64,000 bases of DNA from positions 11,293-75,292 of the forward strand of contig JBJMVU010000090.1 in the NCBI GenBank assembly GCA_045810485.1. Reading direction: 5' to 3'. Below the pieces are notes generated by a model. The model had not been told where the DNA came from and did not search any database. It saw only the letters and a program-made list of their open reading frames with translations. The position numbers were made by a program, and so were the translations under genes. Of this stretch, positions 44,805 through 52,743 are shown in pieces (within the stretch, counting starts at the first letter, position 1; each line of letters opens with the position of its first letter). This DNA comes from Massilia sp. GTDB taxonomy: Bacteria; Pseudomonadota; Gammaproteobacteria; Burkholderiales; Burkholderiaceae_D.

Positions 44805-44820
44805 CTTGAACGGGTTCAAG
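44805..44820. promoter_or_regulatory. Crp/Fnr-type palindrome CTTGAACGGGTTCAAG upstream of ubiU
   Basis: Two 7-bp perfect arms fit the TTGA-N6-TCAA spacing. It is centred about 62 bp upstream of the ubiU ATG. Confidence 0.45.
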
Positions 44821-45208
44821 AAAATCGCACGGCGTGGCCCCGTGGGTCGAAGGCGACGAAGCGTTCGATGGCGCCGCGGTGCACGGCGTCGATCATCATC
44901 TTGAGGCCCCGGTCGATGCCGGTCGCCGGTTGTTCACCGGCCAGCGCGGCGACGAACACCATGTCCCAGGGCTGGCCCGTCGCGCGCGACTCGTCGGCCA
45001 GCGCGCCGAAGTCGGCGAGGTCGTCGAGTCCCTTGTCGACGCACATCACGGGAGACAGGGCGCCGCCGAGGCCTTCCTCGAAGCGGCGTGCCTGGCCCGG
45101 CGAGTGCGCCTGCGGCAGTTCGGCCACGGCGAACACGAACAGGAGGCGCTGCGCCTCGGGCTGGGCGCGCGCGGCGGCAAGGAAATCGGAGAAATTCGAG
45201 AGCTGCAT
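44816..45208 (-). CDS. Conserved hypothetical protein (about 130 aa)
   Basis: The ATG at 45208 gives MQLSNFSDFLAAARAQPEAQRLLFVFAVAE.... The codon bias is coding-like. I recognised no domain. Confidence 0.55.
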   Translation of the reverse strand: MQLSNFSDFLAAARAQPEAQRLLFVFAVAELPQAHSPGQARRFEEGLGGALSPVMCVDKGLDDLADFGALADESRATGQPWDMVFVAALAGEQPATGIDRGLKMMIDAVHRGAIERFVAFDPRGHAVRFS

Positions 45209-45334
45209 GGGGAAATCCGTGACAGGGGAGGATGGTCCGATTCTAGGCGCCTTTCCCTCGCGCGTGAGTCGGCACGAAGGAGGACGCCGCCTAGTCATTC
45301 CGGACTATGCCGCGCGGCCCCCGTACGCGCGAGA

Positions 45335-46039
45335 ATGGCGGCATCCCGACCATTTCATCCCGCGACCGTGGCCACCATCGACCCCTGCACCTTCCTGCGC
45401 CGCCTGCCGCTGTTTTCCGATCTCGGCGAGGACGAGCTGCGCGCCGTCGGCGCCGCCGCCACCGAGCAGCACGTCGACCGCGGCCGCACCATCGTCGGGC
45501 GCGGCGACCCGTGCCTCGGGTTCCACTCGATCCTGTACGGGCAGGTCAAACTGGCGTTCATCTCGCCGCAGGGCCAGGAAAAGGTGATCGAGATCCTCGG
45601 ACCCGGCAAGACGTTCGGCGAAGCCGTCATGTTCATGGAAAAGCCGTACTTCGTGACGGCGACGGCGCTGGAAGATTGCCTGCTGCTGCACGTCGGCAAG
45701 GAGGCCGTCTTCGCCGAACTGGCACGGAGCCCGGCGTTCGCGCGCGGCATGCTGGCGGGGATGAGCCGGCGCCTGCACGGCCTCGTCGCGGATGTGGAAT
45801 CGTACACGCTGCATACGGGCGGCCAACGCGTCGTCGGCTATCTGCTGAAGGACGCGCCCGCGTCCGGCGCGACGGTGCGGCTGTCCGTCAGCAAGCGCCT
45901 CGTCGCGTCGCGCCTGAACATCACGCCCGAGTATTTTTCGCGCGTGCTGCACGACCTCACGCGGCGGGAGCTCGTGCGCGTGGACGGCCGCGACATCGCG
46001 ATCCTCGACGCGGACGGGTTGCGCGCCTACGAGGGATAA
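45335..46039 (+). CDS. Crp/Fnr-family transcription factor without an FNR-type N-terminal Cys cluster (Dnr/NnrR/NarR-like)
   Basis: cNMP-binding fold ([15 protein letters not shown]...[11 protein letters not shown]) and a recognition helix [13 protein letters not shown] (E--SR). It lacks the C-X2-C-X5-C pattern. Confidence 0.85.
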   Translation: MAASRPFHPATVATIDPCTFLRRLPLFSDLGEDELRAVGAAATEQHVDRGRTIVGRGDPCLGFHSILYGQVKLAFISPQGQEKVIEILGPGKTFGEAVMFMEKPYFVTATALEDCLLLHVGKEAVFAELARSPAFARGMLAGMSRRLHGLVADVESYTLHTGGQRVVGYLLKDAPASGATVRLSVSKRLVASRLNITPEYFSRVLHDLTRRELVRVDGRDIAILDADGLRAYEG

Positions 46040-46520
46040 GCGTCCGCGATCTCTCTCGTCTCGCGGGCGATCACGGCTTCCTCGTCGATGCGCGCCCCGA
46101 GCCATGCCGCCAGCTCGCACACGCGGGCGCGGATCCCGGCGGCGTGTTCTCCGATGCCGCCCGTGAACACGAGCACGTCCAGCCCGCCCGCGGCGGCGGC
46201 CACGGAACCGAGTTCGCGCGCGATCCGGTACACGAACACGTCGACGGCCTCGCGAGCGGTCCGTCGGCGCGGCTGGTGAGCATGATCGGCACGCGCGCAC
46301 CGGGCACGATGCCCGCCACCTGCGCTTCCGCGAGGTATTCGAGCTGCCTGGCCAGCATGTTGCCCGCTTCCAGGTCGGGCACGACGAGGACGTCGGCGCG
46401 GCCCGCCACGGGCGACACGAAGCCTTTCACGCGGGCGCAGCCCCAGGCGATGGTGCGGTCGTTGGCGATGCCGGGAATGAGCCCGCGCTTGCCGCGCAGG
46501 TCGATGAGAGCGTCAGGCAT
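46027..46520 (-). pseudogene. Mosaic remnant: FabI-like N-terminus, Pta C-terminus and AckA C-terminus
   Basis: The ATG at 46520 follows AAGGAG. Codons 1-29, [22 protein letters not shown], resemble enoyl-ACP reductase N-termini. Codons 30-91, [29 protein letters not shown]...[13 protein letters not shown], match the phosphotransacetylase C-terminus. After a frame change (ORF 46027..46239), [41 protein letters not shown] matches the acetate kinase C-terminus. Confidence 0.65.
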
Positions 46521-46556
46521 ATGAATCTCCTTACCGGTTCGACCGATGTCAGATCG

Positions 46557-46570
46557 CTGATCTAAATCAA
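46557..46570. promoter_or_regulatory. FNR/Anr-like box CTGATCTAAATCAA
   Basis: It matches TTGAT-N4-ATCAA at 9 of 10 positions and is centred about 43 bp upstream of the remnant ATG (46520). Confidence 0.4.
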
Positions 46571-46616
46571 ATCCTTGAAATATCGTAAAGATGAGCAAAC
46601 TCGCTGAAAAATTAAT

Positions 46617-46638
46617 TTGTCATCAACATTTCATCATC
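46617..46638 (+). promoter_or_regulatory. Candidate Pho box (two 11-bp direct repeats TTGTCATCAAC / ATTTCATCATC)
   Basis: The 7-mers TTGTCAT and ATTTCAT, spaced 11 bp apart, resemble the CTGTCAT PhoB consensus. The site lies about 115 bp upstream of plcN. Confidence 0.35.
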
Positions 46639-46750
46639 GTTGCCTACGCTTGATCCCTGCTGAGCATCAGATTCGTCATTTCCGATAATCAACCTGGATT
46701 AACCAAATGCATTCTTTCGATCTCGCGTTCCACGCCACGCTGGTGCGCGC

Positions 46751-48922
46751 ATGAGCCGCCGCGACTTTCTGCGCACGCTGGCCCAGGCCGGCGGCGCCAG
46801 CGCCGTCCTCGCTTCCTTCCCGCCCGCGATCCAGCGGGCGCTGGCCCTGCCGGCCAACCAGCGCACCCGCAGCCTGCAGGACGTCGAGCACATCGTCGTG
46901 CTGACGCAGGAGAACCGCAGCTTCGACCATTACTTCGGCACGCTGGAAGGTGTGCGGGGCTTCGGCGATCCGTTCCCGATTCCCGTGATGGATCGCCAGA
47001 ATCTCTTCAACCGCAAGTCGGTGTTCGTGCAGCAGACGGTCGGCGGCGCGCCCGTGCCCGGCCGGCCGAACTGGCCGCAGAGCCGCGCCATCGCCCCGTT
47101 CCGCCTGAATACCGTGCAGGACTTCCCGGTGATGCGCGTGGCCGGCACGCCGCACGCGTGGCTGGATGCGCAGCTGGCGTGGGACCATGGCCGCATGAAC
47201 GACTGGTGCACGGTCAAGCAGAACCATTCGCTGGGCTTTTACGCCGAGGCTGACGTGCCGTTCCAGTTCGCGCTGGCCCGCGCCTTCACGATCTGCGACC
47301 ACTACCACTGCGCGACGCAGACCGGCACCAACACCAACCGGCTGTTCCTGTTCACGGGCCACAACGACCCGCTGGGCGCCGCGGGCGGCCCGTCGACCGA
47401 CAACAGCCACGACGACTTCAATCCCGACCCGAACACCGACTACCGGTGGACCACGTATCCGGAGCGGCTGGAGGCGGCGGGCATCAGCTGGCAGGTCTAC
47501 CAGAACATGGCGGACAACTTCACCGACAACTCGCTGGCCGGCTTCCGCTCGTTCCGCGACGCGTGGTACCAGCGCCCGGGCCATTCGCCGTCGCTGCGCA
47601 GCCGCGGCGTGAGCACGCGCGATCTCGACCTGCTGAAGGCGGACGTGCTGGCCAACCGGCTGCCGCAGGTGAGCTGGGTCGTCGCGAACGCCGAAGGGTC
47701 CGAGCACCCTGGGCCGTCGAGTCCCGCGTCGGGCGCCGACTACATCGCGCGCGTGCTCGACGCCCTGACGGCGAATCCGGAAAGCTGGAGCAAGACGGTC
47801 TTCATCATCAACTTCGACGAGAACGACGGCTTCTTCGACCACATGCCGCCCCCGGCCGTCCCGTCGTACATCGCGTACAGTCCCGATCCGGCGCAGGCCC
47901 GGCTCGCGGGTGCGTCGACCGTCGACACGACCGGCGAATACCACCACATCCTGAATGGCGCGGATGCGCGCACGCTGCACCGTCCTTACGGCCTCGGTCC
48001 GCGCGTGCCGCTGTACGTGATCTCGCCGTGGACGAAGGGCGGCTGGGTGAACTCGCAGGTGTTCGATCACTCGTCGATCGTCCGCTTCATCGAAGCGCGC
48101 TTCGGCGTGCGCGAGCCGCTCATCAGCCCGTGGCGGCGCGCGGTGAGCGGGAATTTGCTGTCCTGCTTCGACTTCGTGAACCCGAACGACAGCGCGGTCG
48201 CCTTGCCCGACACCGCCGCCCGCCGCGCGCTGGCCCTGAGCCTCGGCAGCACCAAGGTGCCGGCAATACCGACGGCGTTGTCGGCGCCCGTGCAGGCCGC
48301 GGGCGTGCGCCCGGCCCGTGCGCTGCCTTACGAATTGCAGGTGCAGGCGCGGGTGTCCGCGACGGGCGGCCTGGTCGACCTCGCGTTCGAGAACGCGGGC
48401 GAAGCGGGCGCCGTGTTCCACGTGTACGACCGGCTGGCGCTCGACCAGGTTCCGCGCCGCTACACCGTCGAGGCAGGGAAGCAGCTGACGGGGCGCTGGG
48501 CCACCGCGACGGCCTACGATCTATGGGTGCTCGGACCGAACGGCTTCCACCGCCACATCGCGGGCGACGTGCGCCGCGCCGGGGACGCCGCCTTGCCGGC
48601 GCTGGTGGTGCGCGCCGACCGCCGGGCCGGCGAACTGGTCGTCGACTTCGTGAACGATGGCGGCCAGCCGTGCATCTTCCAGGTCGGCGCCAACAAGTAC
48701 ACGACGGTCCGGATCCCCGACGTGCGCGTGCCGGCCCGGTCGCGCAGCACCCTGCGCCTGTCGCTGGCGCAGACCGCCAACTGGTACGACTACAGCGTGC
48801 GCGTGAACGGCATGCCCGGCTGGCTGCGGCGTTTCGCGGGTCACCTTGAAAACGGCCTGCCGTCGATCAGCGACCCGGCGATGCGGGGCGCGGCGCAACT
48901 CGACCAGTACCGTGTCATTTGA
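46751..48922 (+). CDS. plcN: Tat-secreted phosphocholine-specific (non-haemolytic type) phospholipase C
   Basis: Twin-arginine signal MSRRDFLRTLAQAGGASAV. Phosphoesterase domain motifs (VVLTQENRSFDHYFG, INFDENDGFFDH) and a C-terminal DUF756-like tandem. Confidence 0.9.
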   Translation: MSRRDFLRTLAQAGGASAVLASFPPAIQRALALPANQRTRSLQDVEHIVVLTQENRSFDHYFGTLEGVRGFGDPFPIPVMDRQNLFNRKSVFVQQTVGGAPVPGRPNWPQSRAIAPFRLNTVQDFPVMRVAGTPHAWLDAQLAWDHGRMNDWCTVKQNHSLGFYAEADVPFQFALARAFTICDHYHCATQTGTNTNRLFLFTGHNDPLGAAGGPSTDNSHDDFNPDPNTDYRWTTYPERLEAAGISWQVYQNMADNFTDNSLAGFRSFRDAWYQRPGHSPSLRSRGVSTRDLDLLKADVLANRLPQVSWVVANAEGSEHPGPSSPASGADYIARVLDALTANPESWSKTVFIINFDENDGFFDHMPPPAVPSYIAYSPDPAQARLAGASTVDTTGEYHHILNGADARTLHRPYGLGPRVPLYVISPWTKGGWVNSQVFDHSSIVRFIEARFGVREPLISPWRRAVSGNLLSCFDFVNPNDSAVALPDTAARRALALSLGSTKVPAIPTALSAPVQAAGVRPARALPYELQVQARVSATGGLVDLAFENAGEAGAVFHVYDRLALDQVPRRYTVEAGKQLTGRWATATAYDLWVLGPNGFHRHIAGDVRRAGDAALPALVVRADRRAGELVVDFVNDGGQPCIFQVGANKYTTVRIPDVRVPARSRSTLRLSLAQTANWYDYSVRVNGMPGWLRRFAGHLENGLPSISDPAMRGAAQLDQYRVI

Positions 48923-48935
48923 TCAGGAGACTTCC

Positions 48936-49604
48936 ATGCATGTTCGATTCCTCATTGCCAGCGTGCTGCTCGCCGCGGCATGCAGCAGCCAGGCCGCCGT
49001 CGTCTACGGCAGCAACCTCGTCGTCAACGGCGATGCCGAAGCCGGCGCCGCCGGCTGGACCGGCTACGCGGGCTACGACCTGTTCCAGTCTGTCGATTAC
49101 GGCAGCAACTGGGTGCTGCCCACGCAACCGGGACCGCTGGAGCGCGGCGGCAAGATGTTCGCCGGCTTCGGCCAGTATGCGGTCGGCTACCAGACGCTCG
49201 ACTTCGGCACGGCGACGTCCCGCGACACCGGCTTTGCGCTGACCGGCTGGCTCGGGGGCTGGGCCGACCAGGGCGACAACGCGCTGTTCTACGTGCAGTT
49301 CCTCGACGAGTTCAACAACGAGGTCGGCAGCTCGGTGCTAGGCCCGGTGACGCCGCAGGACCGCAACAACCAGACCGGCCTGATCTACCGCGAGACCGAC
49401 GGCTTCGTGCCGACCGGCACCCGCAAGCTGTCGTTCTGGCTGTCGATGGAGCGTCTCGTTTCGAACGACAACGATGGCTATGCGGACAACCTGTCGTTCG
49501 TCCTGCGGGCGCCGCCCGTCAACGACGTGCCGGAGCCGGGCATGGCGGCGCTGTTCACGCTGGGCCTGGGGATGCTGGGCTGGACCCGCCGGTCGAAGCG
49601 ATAA
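48936..49604 (+). CDS. PEP-CTERM sorting-domain protein
   Basis: The ATG follows CAGGAGA. It has a signal peptide (FLIASVLLAAACSSQAA) and C-terminal VPEPGMAALFTLGLGMLGWTRRSKR. Confidence 0.8.
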   Translation: MHVRFLIASVLLAAACSSQAAVVYGSNLVVNGDAEAGAAGWTGYAGYDLFQSVDYGSNWVLPTQPGPLERGGKMFAGFGQYAVGYQTLDFGTATSRDTGFALTGWLGGWADQGDNALFYVQFLDEFNNEVGSSVLGPVTPQDRNNQTGLIYRETDGFVPTGTRKLSFWLSMERLVSNDNDGYADNLSFVLRAPPVNDVPEPGMAALFTLGLGMLGWTRRSKR

Positions 49605-49717
49605 GCTGTGGCGGTAGCGCACGACGGGCGCCGCCACGCCGAACCACGGCCCCGCGAGCAGGAACGCGAGTGGCACGGGCGGCGGCGGCAGGCGCGAGTA
49701 GTCCAGCGCGCGCCGCA

Positions 49718-49942
49718 TCAGGCGCCCAGCGCGATGGTCACGAGGTAGCCGTCGTCCTGCCAGTCGGACTGTCAGCGGTAGCCGGTGCGCGCGAGGATGC
49801 CGTACAGCGGATGCGGTTCGCGCGCCAGCAGCACGCGCAGCCGGCCGCCGTCCGGGAGGACGTCGAGCGCGGCCAGCACGCGCTCCATGGGTTCGGGGAC
49901 GGGCAGGGCCCGCAGTTCGAGGAAGCGGAGCTGGTCGTTCAT
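49718..49942 (-). pseudogene. DUF2249-family small protein with in-frame TGA (56 codons + stop + 17 further family-like codons)
   Basis: MNDQLRFLELRALPVPEPMERVLAALDVLPDGGRLRVLLAREPHPLYGILARTGYR-TGA-QSDWQDDGYLVTIALGA. The part after the TGA (49772-49774) is in frame and resembles the usual DUF2249 C-terminus. The ATG overlaps the nsrR stop (ATGA). Confidence 0.55.
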
Positions 49943-50346
49943 GATCGTGCGATGAGGCTGGACAGCGCAATGCCGTCCAGCGACTCGAGAAAGCAGGCCG
50001 CCGCGCGGCACAGCGCCCCTTTCAGCACGCACGCCGGCGCGAGCGGACACGCGCGGGCGCGGCCGTCCATGCAGGCGACGAGGTAGAAGTCGGGCTCCGT
50101 GTGGCGCACGACGTCGCCCACCCTGATGTCGGCGGGCGCGCGGGCGAGGCGGATGCCGCCGCAGCGGCCCCGCACCGTCTCGATGAAGCCCGCATGTCCC
50201 AGCTCGTTCACGATCTTCGTCAGATGGTGATGCGAGATGCCGTGCAGGGCGGCCACCTCGCCCGTGGTGGCGAGACGGCCGCCATTGGCGCCCAGGTACA
50301 TCAGGACGCGCAGGGCATAGTCGGTATGTTCGGTGAGACGCATCAT
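49939..50346 (-). CDS. nsrR: Rrf2-family NO-sensing repressor
   Basis: MRLTEHTDYALRVLMYLG...HLTKIVNELGHAGFIETVRGRCGGIRLA plus three C-terminal Cys (C..C.....C). Confidence 0.85.
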   Translation of the reverse strand: MMRLTEHTDYALRVLMYLGANGGRLATTGEVAALHGISHHHLTKIVNELGHAGFIETVRGRCGGIRLARAPADIRVGDVVRHTEPDFYLVACMDGRARACPLAPACVLKGALCRAAACFLESLDGIALSSLIARS

Positions 50347-50366
50347 TCACTCCGGCGCCCGGGACG

Positions 50367-52682
50367 TCAGGCCTTGGTGGAGACGCGGGCCTTGGCGGCG
50401 GGCCGGCCGGCGATCTCGATCGGCACCTCCGCCTGAACCACGACCGGACGGGCGGGCCGCCGCATCGCGCGCAGCACGAACAGCGCGAGGAACAGGGTGC
50501 CCACCGCGAACACGATGTCGCCCGGCACGCGCAGCCACACCATGTTCTCCATGAACGCGGAGTGGATCACGTCCGGCGAGCGCGCGAACCACATGCCCTT
50601 CGAGATGCTGGCCCAGGCCTGGTAGATGCCGGCCGGGACGAGCGCCATGAACACCATCATCGCGAGGCCGATGTTCAGCAGCCAGAACATCGGCTTGAGC
50701 AGCGTGTCCGACCAGGCCAGGCGGTCCGTCAGGCCGCGCAGGCAGAACAGCATCAGGCCCACGCCCAGCATGCCGTACACGCCGAACAGGGCGGCGTGGC
50801 CGTGGGCCGCCGTCATGTTCAGGCCCTGCATGTAGTACAGCGCGATCGGGGTGTTGATCGAGAAGCCCAGCAGGCCCGCGCCCACGGTGTTCCAGAAGCC
50901 GACGGCGATGAAGCACAGGATCGCCCAGCGGTAGTTCGCCACCCACGGCGCGGCCTTCGTGCGCTGGTAGTTGCGGTAGGCCTCGATGCCGATCATCGAC
51001 AGCGGCACCACCTCCAGCGCGGAGAACATGGCGCCGATCGCGATCACCGCCGTCGGCGTGCCCGTGAAATACAGGTGGTGCAGGGTGCCGAGGATGCCGC
51101 CGAACAGGAACACGATGGTCTCCAGCACGATGGCCGTGTTGGCGCTGGCGGCGCGGATCAGGCCCAGGCGGGTGAACAGCAGCGCGATGACGGCCGTGGC
51201 GAACACTTCGAAGAAGCCTTCGACCCACAGGTGGACGAGCCACCATCTCCAGTATTCGACCATGGCGTAATGGGTGTGCTGGCCCCAGGCCAGCGATGTG
51301 GCGTAGAAGCCGCCGATGCACACGGCCGCGAGGAACACCATGGCGATCAGGCCCCGGCTTTCCGACGGGCGGCGCAGGGCGGGCCACAGGCCGCGGCCCA
51401 GCAGGAAGGCCCAGAACAGCAGGCCGACGAACAGCAGGTATTGCCACACGCGGCCCATGCTGGTGAATTCGAGCCCCTGGTTGCCGAGCCAGAAGCTGAA
51501 GTCGACGCCGCGGTGCTGCAGCGTGCCGAGCCAGCCGCACGCGGTGGAACCGGCGACGATGAACAGCAGCGCGTAGAACAGCACGTTCACGCCCAGCGCC
51601 TGGAACCTGGGCTCGTGGCCGGAGATGGCGGGCGCGATGTACAGGCCCGTCGCGAGCCACGCGGTGGCGATCCACAGCACGGCGAACTGGGTGTGGATCG
51701 TGCGGCTGATCGTGAACGGCAGGATGTCGCCGAGCGGGATGCCGAAGAAGCTGTGGCCCTCGACGGAATAGTGCGCGGTGACGACGCCCATGCCCACCTG
51801 GGCGAGGATCAGCGCGACCACGACGGCGAAGTACTTGCGCGTGGCCTTCATCGACGGCGTCGCCTTCAGCTTGAACAGCGGGTCGTCCTTGGGCGGCTTC
51901 GGATCGGCTTCTTCCGGCTGCGCCGAGTGGAAGAACACCATGCCGGCGATGGCGCCGATCATGACGATGATGCTGGCGACCGACCAGATGCCGGCGCCGG
52001 CCGTCGGCGTGTTGCCGACGAGCGGTTCGTGCGGCCAGTTGCTCGTGTACGACAGGCCGGTTTCGCCCGGGCGGTCGGTGGCGGCCGACCAGGCCGACCA
52101 GAAGAAGAAGCCGGCGAGCGCCGTGCGGTCGTCCGCGTCAGGCAGGGAGCCGTTGCTCATCGCGTATTGCTCGCGCAGCTTGTCGAGCTTCGGATCGGCG
52201 CCGAACAGGCCCGTGTAGTGACTGGCGACAGACGCGATGGCGGCGGCGCGGTCGGCGCTCAGGGTCAAGGTGTCGGCGGCCGCGTCGTACGTGTTGCGGC
52301 GCAGGGTTTCCTTGACGAGGGCGTCGACGCCGCCCCGTGCGGCGGCATCCAGCTGCGCATACGGTGCGCCGTGGTCGCGTTGGGCCAGGCGGTCCTGCAG
52401 GGCGACGGCTTCGCGGTGCAGCCAGTCGGCCGACCAGTCGGGGGCGACGTAGCTGCCGTGGCCCCACACGGTGCCCAGCTGCTGGCCGCCGGCGGCGAGC
52501 CAGGCTTGCTGGCCCCGTTTGATTTGTTCGCCCGTCCAGATGACGTGGCCTTGCTGGTCGAGGACCTGTCCGGGGATCGGGGGCGCCTTCAGGTAGATCT
52601 CCCGGCCCACGAACAGCAGCGTGCCGAAGGAGAGTACGCAGATGATCGCCAGCCAGGTCCATAGTCTGCGTGTCGCGTGCAT
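50367..52682 (-). CDS. norB: Quinol-dependent nitric oxide reductase (single-subunit qNor, NorB/NorZ)
   Basis: About 770 aa from the ATG at 52682 (SD GAAGGA). It has an N-terminal TM plus periplasmic extension, followed by a heme-copper oxidase subunit-I-like core (HLWVEGFFEVF, HHLYFTG). Confidence 0.93.
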   Translation of the reverse strand: MHATRRLWTWLAIICVLSFGTLLFVGREIYLKAPPIPGQVLDQQGHVIWTGEQIKRGQQAWLAAGGQQLGTVWGHGSYVAPDWSADWLHREAVALQDRLAQRDHGAPYAQLDAAARGGVDALVKETLRRNTYDAAADTLTLSADRAAAIASVASHYTGLFGADPKLDKLREQYAMSNGSLPDADDRTALAGFFFWSAWSAATDRPGETGLSYTSNWPHEPLVGNTPTAGAGIWSVASIIVMIGAIAGMVFFHSAQPEEADPKPPKDDPLFKLKATPSMKATRKYFAVVVALILAQVGMGVVTAHYSVEGHSFFGIPLGDILPFTISRTIHTQFAVLWIATAWLATGLYIAPAISGHEPRFQALGVNVLFYALLFIVAGSTACGWLGTLQHRGVDFSFWLGNQGLEFTSMGRVWQYLLFVGLLFWAFLLGRGLWPALRRPSESRGLIAMVFLAAVCIGGFYATSLAWGQHTHYAMVEYWRWWLVHLWVEGFFEVFATAVIALLFTRLGLIRAASANTAIVLETIVFLFGGILGTLHHLYFTGTPTAVIAIGAMFSALEVVPLSMIGIEAYRNYQRTKAAPWVANYRWAILCFIAVGFWNTVGAGLLGFSINTPIALYYMQGLNMTAAHGHAALFGVYGMLGVGLMLFCLRGLTDRLAWSDTLLKPMFWLLNIGLAMMVFMALVPAGIYQAWASISKGMWFARSPDVIHSAFMENMVWLRVPGDIVFAVGTLFLALFVLRAMRRPARPVVVQAEVPIEIAGRPAAKARVSTKA

Positions 52683-52743
52683 GGCTTGTGTTCCTTCACT
52701 GTGGTTGATCGATGGACTGCATTGTGCGGCGAATTCCGTTAAT

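Noticed and set aside
49772-49774. The TGA in DUF2249 read as selenocysteine
   Set aside because: I see no obvious SECIS-like hairpin immediately downstream. DUF2249 is not a known selenoprotein family, and the aligned position is more consistent with a mutated sense codon (Trp or Arg).
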